The position numbers and the translations under genes are program-made. Below, piece by piece: positions 9,124 through 18,583 of a stretch of DNA of 37,041 bases (positions are counted from its first letter, which is position 1; every line of letters begins with the position of its first letter). The notes beneath the pieces were generated by a model. That model was not told the DNA's origin, did not search any database, and saw only the letters and a program-made list of their open reading frames with translations. Origin of the DNA: a virus; IMG/VR virus record IMGVR_UViG_3300045988_137870, one strand, 5' to 3'.

Positions 9124-9540
9124 ATGGATTTCGATACAGAGAGATGGAGATTATTAAAAACCTGTGAGATGAATGCAAGGCGGTCTTGTATTCCCGGTAT
9201 TCAGAAAATGGCCGGTGAAATTTTTGTGGATCCCTGGCCGCAGTCGGATTCTGATATATGGTTGTCTATGTTTACTGAAGCTAAAGCTGTAAATATGAAT
9301 CTCTGCAGTTATTTGTTCTTGGTTCGCGGTTGTGGAACTTATTTACAGGAGAATTCATCTTATGGATTAACAGGTAGCGGATGGCCGTATTTGTTTAAGC
9401 CTTGTGTATCTTCTGATACATGGCCATCCAAGAATGTATTTCAGGAAATAATGAATGATATGTTTCGGCAGTTTAGTGCCCAGCAGATTTACCGGGTAAT
9501 GAAAAATACATGGGATTTTCAAAAAAGCGTAAGTAATTAA
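9124..9540 (+). CDS. Hypothetical protein (138 aa)
   Basis: It is the only long ORF here and is co-oriented with its neighbours. I recognise no motif. Confidence 0.5.
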   Translation: MDFDTERWRLLKTCEMNARRSCIPGIQKMAGEIFVDPWPQSDSDIWLSMFTEAKAVNMNLCSYLFLVRGCGTYLQENSSYGLTGSGWPYLFKPCVSSDTWPSKNVFQEIMNDMFRQFSAQQIYRVMKNTWDFQKSVSN

Positions 9541-9558
9541 AGAGAGAGGTTTCAGATT

Positions 9559-9657
9559 ATGATGTTCATATTAGGATGTATGTTCGGTGCATGTATCGGG
9601 TTGTTGATTTGTTCGCTATGTGTGATTTCAGGCAGGGGTACATATGATGACCGTTAA
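9559..9657 (+). CDS. Possible 32-aa hydrophobic Cys-rich micro-protein
   Basis: The ATG at 9559 lies 9 nt after AGAGAGAGG. Translation: MMFILGCMFGACIGLLICSLCVISGRGTYDDR. It overlaps the start of the next gene. Confidence 0.25.
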   Translation: MMFILGCMFGACIGLLICSLCVISGRGTYDDR

Positions 9658-10072
9658 AGAATTTCTGAATGATGTCCGGCGGCAGCATGCACGAGTAGAA
9701 GCTTGCAAGGAACGGCTGAAAGAAATTGAATGTGAAGTTATCTCTTTAAAATCTCCGCAGCTAGGTGACAAAATACAATCAAACAGTGTGAAATCGCTTG
9801 ATGAGGTGATCTGCAGACTCGAATTAAAAAGAGCAGAAACATCACGGGAATTTATTCGTTTGATGGATATGCAGGATAAAGCGGAGACTCTGATTAGCTG
9901 TGAGAAAAACAATGACCGATGGACAGTGTTATACCGCAGATACATACTCAATCAAAAATGGAAGAGAATTGCTGTTGAAATAAATCTTGACCTGCGCTGG
10001 ATTTACAGATTACATGATCAGGGATTGCGCAATTTGGAAAATACGCCATTAAAAGCCACTATCAACCTGTGA
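9644..10072 (+). CDS. Sigma-70 region-4-like HTH protein; probable late-gene transcriptional activator (ArpU/RinA/DUF1492-type)
   Basis: The C-terminal segment WTVLYRRYILNQKWKRIAVEINLDLRWIYRLHDQGLRNL resembles sigma region 4. The gene sits immediately upstream of terS, as late activators do in Firmicutes phages. Confidence 0.55.
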   Translation: MMTVKEFLNDVRRQHARVEACKERLKEIECEVISLKSPQLGDKIQSNSVKSLDEVICRLELKRAETSREFIRLMDMQDKAETLISCEKNNDRWTVLYRRYILNQKWKRIAVEINLDLRWIYRLHDQGLRNLENTPLKATINL

Positions 10073-10124
10073 TATAGTGTATGTGTGAAAGTAAGGACAT
10101 TTTACTTACTTCCTCCCTAATTAA

Positions 10125-10158
10125 GAGCCTACGCATCGTATTCTTGACGTGTAGGCTC
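10125..10158. promoter_or_regulatory. Inverted repeat GAGCCTAC-N18-GTAGGCTC in the late-regulator/terS intergenic region
   Basis: The 8-bp arms were read directly. A TTGACG hexamer lies inside at 10144-10149. The repeat may be an activator site, a late promoter region or a pac element. Confidence 0.35.
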
Positions 10159-10169
10159 AGTAAATTTGT

Positions 10170-10196
10170 GGCACTCATAACGGGTGCCTTTTTATT
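10170..10196 (+). terminator. Rho-independent terminator-like hairpin immediately upstream of the terS SD
   Basis: GGCAC-tcataacgg-GTGCC is followed by TTTTTATT. The SD (AAAGGAGG) starts at 10202. Confidence 0.55.
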
Positions 10197-10216
10197 GCAG
10201 GAAAGGAGGTAGTGGC

Positions 10217-10648
10217 GTGACACCAAGACAAGAAAAATTCTGCGTTGAGTACCTGATTGATCTGAACGCAACGCAGGCGGCTATACGGGCGGGATATAGT
10301 AAAAAAACAGCTGAAGCATTGGCAAGTAGATTGTTAAGGAATGTTAATATTCGAGGCCGTATTAAAGAATTGCAGGACAAGGTTTTTGAAGACGGCATGA
10401 TGTCTGCAGCGGAAGCGTTGTGGAGGCTGTCTAAAGCAGGCAGAGGGGAACTTAAAGAAGAAGTAGTTGTTACCGAAGGTATCGGCGATGGGTTTAGCGA
10501 AGCAAAGATAATAAAAAAACAAATTTCTGCAAGAGACCAGATAAAAGCACTTGAATTAATGGGTAAACGCCACGACCTGTTCAGTTCTGACACGAAGATT
10601 GAAATGGTACCTGTGATCATCACTGGAGAGCGTGAAATCCATGAGTAA
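10217..10648 (+). CDS. terS: Terminase small subunit (Terminase_2/P27-type)
   Basis: The GTG at 10217 lies 7 nt after AAAGGAGG. The motif is TPRQEKFCVEYLIDLNATQAAIRAGYSKKTAEALASRLL. Confidence 0.8.
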   Translation: MTPRQEKFCVEYLIDLNATQAAIRAGYSKKTAEALASRLLRNVNIRGRIKELQDKVFEDGMMSAAEALWRLSKAGRGELKEEVVVTEGIGDGFSEAKIIKKQISARDQIKALELMGKRHDLFSSDTKIEMVPVIITGEREIHE

Positions 10649-11894
10649 TGCCAATAGGATATATCTTCCGGATGTTATCGGCGGCGGTTACAGGGACTTC
10701 TGGAATTTCAAAGGCAGGTACCGGGTAGTTAAAGGCAGTCGTGCGAGTAAAAAGTCAGTTACCGCAGCATTATGGTTTATTTATAACCTGATGAAGTATC
10801 ACGAAGCGAATCTGCTGGTGGTACGGAAAACTTTCAGAACGTTAAAAGACAGCTGTTATACACAGCTTAAATGGGCAATACACCGCTTAGGGGTGGACGA
10901 TTATTATATCTGCAGAGAAAGTCCTCTTGAAATCACTTATAAGCCGACAGGACAGAAGATATTCTTTCGGGGACTGGATGATCCGCTAAAAGTTACGTCT
11001 ATTACGGTGGACGTTGGTGTGCTTTGTTGGCTGTGGGTGGAGGAAGCGTATGAAATTACGTCAGAGGCAGCATTTGATACACTGGATGAATCTATACGAG
11101 GTGAAGTGCCGAAAGGACTGTTTAAGCAGGCAACGCTGACTTTTAATCCGTGGAATGAAAAACACTGGCTCAAAAAGAGGTTTTTTGATAAGGCGGATAA
11201 TGATATTCTTGCAAAGACAACGAACTACCAATGTAATGAATTTCTTGATGATTCTGATCGCAGTATGTTTGAACGCATGCGGCTGAACAATCCGAGACGA
11301 TATCAGGTGGCAGGACTTGGCGATTGGGGTATCGTTGAGGGACTGGTATATGAAAACTGGGAAGAGAGGGCATTTGATACCGCAGAAATTGCAGGAAGAG
11401 AAAGTGTGCAATCCACATTTGGTCTTGACTTCGGATATACAAATGACCCGTCCGCGCTCTTCTGTGGGCTGGTAGATACGAAAGCGCGGGAGATTTATGT
11501 ATTTGATGAAATGTACAAAAAAGGCCTGACCAACGAAATGATTTATCAAGAAATAAGCCGAATGGGATATAGCAAGGAAAACATTACGGCCGACAGCGCG
11601 GAACCTAAGTCAATCGCACAGCTCCGTGCATTAGGACTGACTCGTATTCATGCTGCAAAAAAAGGCAGAGACAGCATACTGAACGGTATACAGTTGATAC
11701 AGGATTATAAAATTGTTATTCATCCGCGTTGCGTTAATTTCCTCACGGAAATAGGTAATTACACGTGGGATAAGGATAAATTTGATAATCAGGTGAATAA
11801 ACCAATTGACGATTTCAATCATTGCTTAGATGCTATGAGGTATGCCATGGAGCGATTCGGGCGAAGAGGCAGCGGCATTCAATTTTTAACATAG
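10641..11894 (+). CDS. terL: Terminase large subunit (PBSX/Terminase_3-6 type)
   Basis: The N-terminus (YRDFWNFKGRYRVVKGSRASKKS, a Walker A-like segment) is typical of PBSX-family TerL. It overlaps the end of terS. The alternative start is GTG 10632. Confidence 0.85.
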   Translation: MSNANRIYLPDVIGGGYRDFWNFKGRYRVVKGSRASKKSVTAALWFIYNLMKYHEANLLVVRKTFRTLKDSCYTQLKWAIHRLGVDDYYICRESPLEITYKPTGQKIFFRGLDDPLKVTSITVDVGVLCWLWVEEAYEITSEAAFDTLDESIRGEVPKGLFKQATLTFNPWNEKHWLKKRFFDKADNDILAKTTNYQCNEFLDDSDRSMFERMRLNNPRRYQVAGLGDWGIVEGLVYENWEERAFDTAEIAGRESVQSTFGLDFGYTNDPSALFCGLVDTKAREIYVFDEMYKKGLTNEMIYQEISRMGYSKENITADSAEPKSIAQLRALGLTRIHAAKKGRDSILNGIQLIQDYKIVIHPRCVNFLTEIGNYTWDKDKFDNQVNKPIDDFNHCLDAMRYAMERFGRRGSGIQFLT

Positions 11895-11904
11895 GCGGTG
11901 GACG

Positions 11905-13350
11905 ATGGATCTTAGCTTAAATGCGTTGTGGAATAATATCATACGCCGTGGGAGCGGCAGTGGACTAACAGAAATAGAGTTTCTGGAACTGGAACTTCAA
12001 GCATGGATTGATTCAGGGAAACGAAATCAGATGATTATCGGCAAGCGGTACTTTGATGGAGACCATGATATTTTAAATAAACAAAGACAGGCTGTAGATG
12101 CGAACGGCAATACTCGGACAGTTAATGGTCTGCCGAATAATCGGATTGTGGATAACCGCTATGCGGAATTGGTGGATCAAAAAGTAAGCTATCTGTTGTC
12201 TAAGCCGATGGAAGTACGGACAGATGATGAATTATACGGTAAACAGTTAGATACCATATTTAATCAAACGTTCCGACGCCGCCTGAAGAATCTGGGAATG
12301 GACGTACTGAACTGCGGGATGGGGTACTTGCATCCGTATATATCAAATGGCGAGCTTCGGTTTAAGAGGTTTGCCCCGGAACAGGTTCTTCCGTTTTGGG
12401 TGGATGAAGAACATGAAATACTGGACTCATTTTTGCGGATCTATTCTGTCTTTACTTATGAGGGCACGCAGCCGAAAATCATATGGAAAGTAGAGCACTA
12501 TACGACTGGAGGTATACGTCGATACATTTACACGGACAGCAAAAAGCTTATTTCCGATGTAGAGCAGACAGACGCTGACTACCTCACGGTAAACGGGGAG
12601 CCATTTAATTGGGACAGAGTGCCGCTGATTGCGTTCAAGTACAATAATCGGGAATTGCCGCTGATAAACCGGGTAAAGTGTTTACAGGATGCACTGAATG
12701 AGCTGTTAAGTAATTACAGTGATAACATGGCGGAAGACATTCGCAGCACCATTCTAATTCTGGAGGGATATGAAGGTGAGGATTTATCGGAATTCCGCCG
12801 GAACTTAATTGCTTACGGTGTAATCAAAGTAGGAACGGAAGACAGAAAAGGCGATGTGCGGACACTTAGTATTGAAGTCAACGCGGACAACTATGATCTG
12901 ATTATCAGATTGCTAAAGAAGGCGATTATTGAGAACGGCCATGGTTTTGATGCCAAAGATGACCGTATGTCAAATAATCCCAATCAGATGAATATCCGCT
13001 CTATTTACAGCGATATAGACTTAGATGCTAATAATATGGAGATGGAATTTCAGGCAAGTCTGGAACAGCTGATGTGGTTTGTGAATACATTCTTGCGCAT
13101 TAGCGGCACAAATCCTGAAAAAAATAAAGTAGAATTCATCTTTAACAGAGATACGCCTGTTAATGAGTCGGAAGTCATTCAGAACTGCAAAAATTCAGTT
13201 GGAATCATCAGCAGGGAGACCATTGTAGCAAATCATCCGTGGACGAAAGATACGGCGGAAGAACTGGCACGGCTTGAAAAGGAAAATGCGGAATCTCTTA
13301 TGCCTGATTATGCGGCAGACGGTTCCGCGCCTAATGGTGCTGAAGAATGA
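11905..13350 (+). CDS. Portal protein (SPP1 gp6-like)
   Basis: The call rests on size, position after terL and sequence character. Confidence 0.8.
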   Translation: MDLSLNALWNNIIRRGSGSGLTEIEFLELELQAWIDSGKRNQMIIGKRYFDGDHDILNKQRQAVDANGNTRTVNGLPNNRIVDNRYAELVDQKVSYLLSKPMEVRTDDELYGKQLDTIFNQTFRRRLKNLGMDVLNCGMGYLHPYISNGELRFKRFAPEQVLPFWVDEEHEILDSFLRIYSVFTYEGTQPKIIWKVEHYTTGGIRRYIYTDSKKLISDVEQTDADYLTVNGEPFNWDRVPLIAFKYNNRELPLINRVKCLQDALNELLSNYSDNMAEDIRSTILILEGYEGEDLSEFRRNLIAYGVIKVGTEDRKGDVRTLSIEVNADNYDLIIRLLKKAIIENGHGFDAKDDRMSNNPNQMNIRSIYSDIDLDANNMEMEFQASLEQLMWFVNTFLRISGTNPEKNKVEFIFNRDTPVNESEVIQNCKNSVGIISRETIVANHPWTKDTAEELARLEKENAESLMPDYAADGSAPNGAEE

Positions 13351-14669
13351 ACTGCTGGGAAAAGCGTTTTGAAAGATTGAAACAGCAGCAGATGGGGAAA
13401 GCGGAAACCGTCACGGCTGCTATGCGCAGGGAATACGTGAAAGCGTTGACCGCATTACGCAAAGAAGTTCTGGACTGGTATTACCGATACGCTGAAGAAA
13501 ATGAAATGTCTCTGGCTGATGCGAGAAAAGAGCTTGATACACGGGAGTTAAGAGCATTTCAGTTGACACTAAAAGAATATATCAAGCTGGCCAAGAAGAA
13601 AAACCTTCCGCAAAAATATATCAAAATGCTGGATAAAGCTTCTACTCGCGCACGGTTGGACAGGAGCCAGGAATTATATATTAAAACATCGCGGTATGTT
13701 GAAGAACTGGCAAAATCGCAAAATCTAAGCATGCGCAGTTTGCTTTCTGAAGTATATAAAGACAGCGTTTACAAAACGGCGTATGAAGCGCAAAAATTGA
13801 AAGGAGAGTTCTCCACATTTAAGGAAGTGGCAAAGCAGAATATAGAAACTGCAGTATCCAAGCCGTGGGCAAGCGACGGAAAGGATTTTTCGGGCAGGAT
13901 ATGGGAAAATAAAGCGCAGCTCATGAATACCCTGCAAACAGAAATGACACGGTCTTTCATGATTGGCGAAGGCGTGGCACCGTTAATTAATCGGATACAG
14001 AAACGATTTAATGTATCATTCAGCAATGCCCGTCGGTTAGTAGAAACGGAAACAGCCTATGTGCAGGAAAAAGCGATGCTTGATACTTACGATACATTGG
14101 ACGTGGAACAATATCAGATACTGGCTGTACTGGATTTGAAGACATCGGACATTTGTCGTCATCTGGATAAAAAAGTATTCGACAGAAAAGACGCTAAGCC
14201 GGGAATTACCATGCCGCCGTTTCATTGCTACTGCCGTTCGACTACGATCCCATACATTGAAGGAATTACTGATAGTCAGGAGGTCACGAGGGCGGCACGT
14301 GACCTATCAACAGGGAAGACGGTATTTGTTGAAGGTGATTTGAATTATGATGAATGGTATAATAAATACGTAAAGAATACCGATACTGGTGCGTTGACCG
14401 GGTTAAAAACCAGTAACGGAATTACTATTGCCAAGCTGTCTAAGCACCAGCAGGAAAGGGCGGATGCCCGCAATCTTGATTTAGATGGTATTAGAGATGC
14501 ATTGATAAATCCACTGCATATTGGAGAGGTCGTAGTAAAAGAAAATGGAAACTCGCAGAGATTTATCGGTGAAGCTACAACTGTGAATATAAATCCTGAC
14601 ACGGGGGTTATTATTACATCGTGGCCGACAGGTAAATCTCGACTGAAAAAATATAAGAAAGGGAAATAA
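13347..14669 (+). CDS. MuF/SPP1 gp7-family head morphogenesis protein with extra C-terminal toxin-like (DUF4258/BECR-like) domain
   Basis: The MuF core ends ...PPFHCYCRSTTIPY...YDEWYNKYV. About 95 more residues follow, including SKHQQERADARNLDLDGIRDALINP...GVIITSWP. Confidence 0.7.
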   Translation: MNCWEKRFERLKQQQMGKAETVTAAMRREYVKALTALRKEVLDWYYRYAEENEMSLADARKELDTRELRAFQLTLKEYIKLAKKKNLPQKYIKMLDKASTRARLDRSQELYIKTSRYVEELAKSQNLSMRSLLSEVYKDSVYKTAYEAQKLKGEFSTFKEVAKQNIETAVSKPWASDGKDFSGRIWENKAQLMNTLQTEMTRSFMIGEGVAPLINRIQKRFNVSFSNARRLVETETAYVQEKAMLDTYDTLDVEQYQILAVLDLKTSDICRHLDKKVFDRKDAKPGITMPPFHCYCRSTTIPYIEGITDSQEVTRAARDLSTGKTVFVEGDLNYDEWYNKYVKNTDTGALTGLKTSNGITIAKLSKHQQERADARNLDLDGIRDALINPLHIGEVVVKENGNSQRFIGEATTVNINPDTGVIITSWPTGKSRLKKYKKGK

Positions 14670-14670
14670 A

Positions 14671-14871
14671 ATGATTCTACGGTATGAGTTTACTGAAAAA
14701 GAAAAAATGTTCTTAAAGAAAATGCATTTCAGTTTTTCTGATGAAATGGAAGATGAGAAAGCCGCGGATTTAGTGGATGCTATTGCTGATAATATACAGG
14801 GGTTAAATGAAGATGACAGAAACATCGCCGAGGATATTATCACTAAAATCACTACTCATCCGGATTGGTAG
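14671..14871 (+). CDS. Small acidic protein; candidate immunity/antitoxin partner of the MuF C-terminal domain
   Basis: It starts 1 nt after the MuF stop, is 66 aa and rich in Asp/Glu, and is followed by a terminator. Confidence 0.45.
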   Translation: MILRYEFTEKEKMFLKKMHFSFSDEMEDEKAADLVDAIADNIQGLNEDDRNIAEDIITKITTHPDW

Positions 14872-14898
14872 AGAATAAAAATAACATACGTTTTCAAA

Positions 14899-14924
14899 AG
14901 CACTCTTAGCGGGTGCTTTTATAT
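14899..14924 (+). terminator. Rho-independent terminator after the MuF/small-ORF pair
   Basis: AGCACTC-ttagc-GGGTGCT is followed by TTTATATT. Confidence 0.6.
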
Positions 14925-15009
14925 TGCCTTTTCCGTACTGCAGGCGAAAAAGAACAGGTATTTCCGGTGTGGGGGATAAACCACGATAAAAAGTCGAAAG
15001 GAGATCATT

Positions 15010-15576
15010 ATGACAAAAGAAGAGTTAAAGGCATTGGGGCTGACCGATGAACAGGTTACGAAAATTTCAGAGGATTACGGCAAAAATTATGTAGCCAAGT
15101 CGCAGTTCAACGAAAAGAACGAAGCTCTGAAGAATGCCGAAAAAGAGAAAGGGGAATTATCAAAACAGATTGAAGGATTAAAAAAGAACAATGACAGTAA
15201 TGCGGAGCTCAAGAAACAGATAGAGGCTATGCAGGCGGCTGCTAAGACCATGGAAACGGAACATGCCACGCAGCTTGCACAGATGAAGCTTGATGCTGCA
15301 GTGGAACGTTCTCTGACTGCGGCAAAGGCAAAGAATACTAAAGCTGCCCGCGCTCTGCTGGATCTGAAAGACGCAAAGCTGGACGAAAAAGGGGAAGTCA
15401 TCGGACTTTCCGAAAAAATTAAAGAGTTGCAGAAATCAGACGCGTATCTGTTTGATGTCGTAGACGGACAGAAAAAAGAAGTAGATGGCATTCATCCCGG
15501 GTCAGGTTCCGGTGATGATGGTGGCGCGAAAGGTCTGACCGTGCAGCAGCAATTTGAACAGGCATTAGGTATTTGA
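15010..15576 (+). CDS. Scaffolding protein (GP20/DUF4355-like)
   Basis: It is coiled-coil and Lys/Glu/Ala-rich, with the N-terminus MTKEELKALGLTDEQV, and lies directly upstream of the capsid gene. Confidence 0.7.
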   Translation: MTKEELKALGLTDEQVTKISEDYGKNYVAKSQFNEKNEALKNAEKEKGELSKQIEGLKKNNDSNAELKKQIEAMQAAAKTMETEHATQLAQMKLDAAVERSLTAAKAKNTKAARALLDLKDAKLDEKGEVIGLSEKIKELQKSDAYLFDVVDGQKKEVDGIHPGSGSGDDGGAKGLTVQQQFEQALGI

Positions 15577-15594
15577 TAAAAGGAGAATTAAACA

Positions 15595-16515
15595 ATGCCA
15601 ATTAACACACTTGAATATGCAAAGAATTTTCAGCAGGGCTTGGATAAGCAAATGCTGGTAGGTGCGACTTCCGGATGGATGGAATCAAATGTACAGAATG
15701 TAAAATACAGCGGCGGGGACACGGTGAAAATGCCGGAGATCTCCATCGGCGGTTTGGCAAAATATGACCGCGATAACGGATTTAATCAGGGTGCTGTAAC
15801 TCTGAAATACGCAGACTACAAATTGACACAGGATCGTGGCCGTACGTTCCAGCTTGACTCTATGGATGTGGACGAATCCAACTTTGTGGCATCTGCCGGA
15901 AATGTTATGGGTGAGTTCCAGCGCACACAAGTCATTCCGGAAGTGGATGCATTCCGCTACTCTAAGATCGCGGCTTTGGCAAAGGGTGCATCTCATGAAA
16001 CGGCAACTTTCACGCCGGATAAAACAAACATTCTGGAAAAGCTGGATGATGAAATCGCAAAAGTTCAGGATATTATTGGTGAAGGGGAACCGCTTGTTGT
16101 TATCATGGCTACTCCGGTCCGCACCATTCTGAACAATGCAAAAGACATTACCAAGTACTTGGATACGGCGGACTTTAAAGCCGGTGAAATTACGACCAAG
16201 GTAAAGACTTACAATGAAATTCCGATTCTTCCCGTACCTTCTGCCCGCATGAAGACGGCGTATGTGTTCAATGACGGGAAGACAGCCGGGCAGGAAAAAG
16301 GCGGATTCAAGCCGGATACTGCGGCAAAAGGGATTAACTGGATTATCATTGCCCGCCGTGCACCGATTGCGGTTTCTAAGACGGACAAGATCCGCATTTT
16401 TGAACCGAACGTGAATCAGAAGGCCGATGCGTGGAAGCTGGATTACCGCAAGTTCCACGATCTCTGGATTCCGACAAACAAGCTGGCCGGTGTATGGGTT
16501 AATACCGGGGCATAA
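15595..16515 (+). CDS. Major capsid protein
   Basis: It has a strong SD (AAGGAGA), is 306 aa, and lies between the scaffold and connector genes. Confidence 0.75.
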   Translation: MPINTLEYAKNFQQGLDKQMLVGATSGWMESNVQNVKYSGGDTVKMPEISIGGLAKYDRDNGFNQGAVTLKYADYKLTQDRGRTFQLDSMDVDESNFVASAGNVMGEFQRTQVIPEVDAFRYSKIAALAKGASHETATFTPDKTNILEKLDDEIAKVQDIIGEGEPLVVIMATPVRTILNNAKDITKYLDTADFKAGEITTKVKTYNEIPILPVPSARMKTAYVFNDGKTAGQEKGGFKPDTAAKGINWIIIARRAPIAVSKTDKIRIFEPNVNQKADAWKLDYRKFHDLWIPTNKLAGVWVNTGA

Positions 16516-16526
16516 GGAGGTAAATC

Positions 16527-16751
16527 ATGGAAAGATTAACCAGACTGAACGAGGTACAGTACGCAGAAAGCGATTTTCAGAAAGAAAAACTGATCGCGGA
16601 AGGATTTGTCCTTGATAAAGACTATGATGACGACGTTTCGGATTTCGATAAAATGACAAAGCAGCAGCTTATTGATTATGCGGAAGCTAACGGTATTGAC
16701 ATTTCCGGGGCGACCACAAAAGCCGATATCCTTTCTCTGATTAAGGAGTAA
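16527..16751 (+). CDS. Small head-associated protein with Rho-N/SAP-like motif
   Basis: MTKQQLIDYAEANGIDISGATTKADILSLIKE resembles a Rho N-terminal/SAP helix-extended-helix. Confidence 0.5.
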   Translation: MERLTRLNEVQYAESDFQKEKLIAEGFVLDKDYDDDVSDFDKMTKQQLIDYAEANGIDISGATTKADILSLIKE

Positions 16752-16756
16752 TTCTT

Positions 16757-17119
16757 ATGATCGCCGATGTAAAAATCCTCATTAAAGGTGCGACAGGGTA
16801 TGATGTCAAAGATTCTGATATGGCATTGCTGGAATACATTTATCAGGGGGAGGTACAGCACGTTTTGAACAGCTGCAATTTGAAAGAAATCCCTGATGAG
16901 CTGCAGCACACTGTAGATGAAATGACAGCAGGCAGGTTCATGCAGATGAGCAAAGCGGCTATTTTAAGTGCCGATGAGCTTGACGTCGTGAAATCTATAA
17001 AAGAGGGTGATACGACGGTAGAGCTCGGTGGAACTTCGGCAGAACAGAGGCTGGATGCACTGATTGCGTTGTGGACAAAGGAGCGTGATTTAGGATGCTT
17101 CCGAAGGCTGCGTTGGTAA
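16757..17119 (+). CDS. Head-tail connector (gp6-like)
   Basis: The call rests on position, size and the AAGGAG SD. Confidence 0.55.
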   Translation: MIADVKILIKGATGYDVKDSDMALLEYIYQGEVQHVLNSCNLKEIPDELQHTVDEMTAGRFMQMSKAAILSADELDVVKSIKEGDTTVELGGTSAEQRLDALIALWTKERDLGCFRRLRW

Positions 17120-17469
17120 GATCAAGAAAAGCTATTGAAAGTTTGTATGCGGACACATGCAGAATTATTACAGAAAAGGATACTGTAGACCCGGATACGG
17201 GAATTGTAAAAACGGTAAGGGTGACATCTGCGGAGTACCCTTGCCGTATTTCTTACAAGAATTTACCTGCAACCCGCGATGATGGCATTCCTGTTATGAC
17301 ACAGTCCGTTACGCTGTTCTTGTCTCCCGAAATCGATACACCTGCAGGCGCTGATGTTGACGTGGTACGGCAAGGACGGCATCTGCATTTTAAATCTGCA
17401 GGTGTATCTGCCGTCTATGATAATCATCAGGAAATCAGCCTTGAACACCGGGAGGTGCACGATGGCTGA
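17095..17469 (+). CDS. Head closure/head-tail adaptor protein
   Basis: The call rests on position, size and the typical ...AEYPCRISYKN... region. Confidence 0.5.
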   Translation: MLPKAALVRSRKAIESLYADTCRIITEKDTVDPDTGIVKTVRVTSAEYPCRISYKNLPATRDDGIPVMTQSVTLFLSPEIDTPAGADVDVVRQGRHLHFKSAGVSAVYDNHQEISLEHREVHDG

Positions 17470-17941
17470 TGTAACTGTAGATTTCATGGGTTTTGAGGAA
17501 CTGCGGAAGCGAATTGCTGAATTGAATAGTTCCGCAGTGGGAGAAGCCAAGCGGCAAAGTATGAAAGAGATGGCCGCCGTGTATCTTGCCGAAGCGAAAA
17601 GGGCTACTCCGACGAGAGGCGTTCAAACCGTTGAAAGAAACGGCGTGATGATCACAACTAATTCTGAACATATGAAACGTTCGTGGAATGCTGGAACTAT
17701 TGAGCAAAATGGCAGGGAATATAAGGTTAAAGTATTCAATACAGCATCTTACGCTTCTTATGTCAATGATGGCCACAGGCAACAGCCGGGAAGGTATGTT
17801 CCTATTCTTGGTAAACGATTGGTGGAAAACTGGGTAGACGGATTGAACATGGCAGAAAAAGCGGAGAAGGAAACGGAACGGCAATCTAAAAATATTTTGC
17901 GCCGAAATATAAACCGGGTGTTATTGAGGTACAGCACATGA
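17462..17941 (+). CDS. HK97 gp10-family tail-completion/neck protein
   Basis: The ATG at 17462 follows a GGGAGGTG SD. The N-terminus (MADVTVDFMGFEELRKRIAEL) and ...YASYVNDGH are typical of gp10-like proteins. Confidence 0.6.
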   Translation: MADVTVDFMGFEELRKRIAELNSSAVGEAKRQSMKEMAAVYLAEAKRATPTRGVQTVERNGVMITTNSEHMKRSWNAGTIEQNGREYKVKVFNTASYASYVNDGHRQQPGRYVPILGKRLVENWVDGLNMAEKAEKETERQSKNILRRNINRVLLRYST

Positions 17942-18384
17942 CAATAATTAATGAGGTAATCAAAGGCATCTCAACGAAACTGCATAAGCTGACTAAATAT
18001 CCCGTGTATGTAGACGTAAAAAAGAATCATGTCGTATTTCCGTGCTTTTATCTGAAGCAGCTGGATCAGTCACAGGAGCTGTCTGTTGGTAACCGTTACT
18101 GGCAGGAACATAGCTTTGATATCTGGTTTATGCCGAATGCGGCCGATGAAGTTTCAGATGTCAGGGAAGAAATTCACAAGATGGCAGAAGCATTCTTTGT
18201 AGAGCTGGAGTATATTACTCTTTCAGATGGCTCTGTCATTAGAGGAACGGACATGCATTACCGCACGACTGACGGCGCACTCCACTTCTTTGTTTCTTAT
18301 AATCTATTTATTTTAAAAGAACGGGAAAAAGCAGAAAAAATGCAAAGTTTAGAAACGGAAGGAGCCATAAAAAATGGCAATTAA
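17938..18384 (+). CDS. Tail terminator/neck protein (hypothetical)
   Basis: It overlaps the preceding gene (ATGA) and lies before the sheath gene. Confidence 0.45.
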   Translation: MTIINEVIKGISTKLHKLTKYPVYVDVKKNHVVFPCFYLKQLDQSQELSVGNRYWQEHSFDIWFMPNAADEVSDVREEIHKMAEAFFVELEYITLSDGSVIRGTDMHYRTTDGALHFFVSYNLFILKEREKAEKMQSLETEGAIKNGN

Positions 18385-18571
18385 AAAAGAAGAACAGGCA
18401 GCGTCCGAGGAGCGTTTCGACGGCGTAACGATTGTTAAATCAGCCAAGTATAAACGCTATGCGGATATTTTGACGCATTTACTTAACGAAGGAGAACAGT
18501 ATACGCATTCCCAGATTGATGAATTACTGAAAGATGCGTTAAATCAGCCTGTCAAACAGGATATTAACTAA
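18374..18571 (+). CDS. Hypothetical small structural-module protein
   Basis: It is a co-oriented 65-aa ORF preceding the sheath gene. Confidence 0.4.
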   Translation: MAIKKEEQAASEERFDGVTIVKSAKYKRYADILTHLLNEGEQYTHSQIDELLKDALNQPVKQDIN

Positions 18572-18583
18572 AGGAGGTAACTT

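Noticed and set aside
15685-16458. 257-aa ORF on the - strand inside the major capsid gene
   Set aside because: It lies entirely antisense to a confidently placed capsid gene. It is Arg/Cys/Phe-rich nonsense-like sequence with no SD. The same reasoning applies to the other antisense ORFs at 4907-5482, 10192-10623, 11061-11549, 15087-15491, 17435-17884, 21652-22101, 23451-23888 and 25633-25974.
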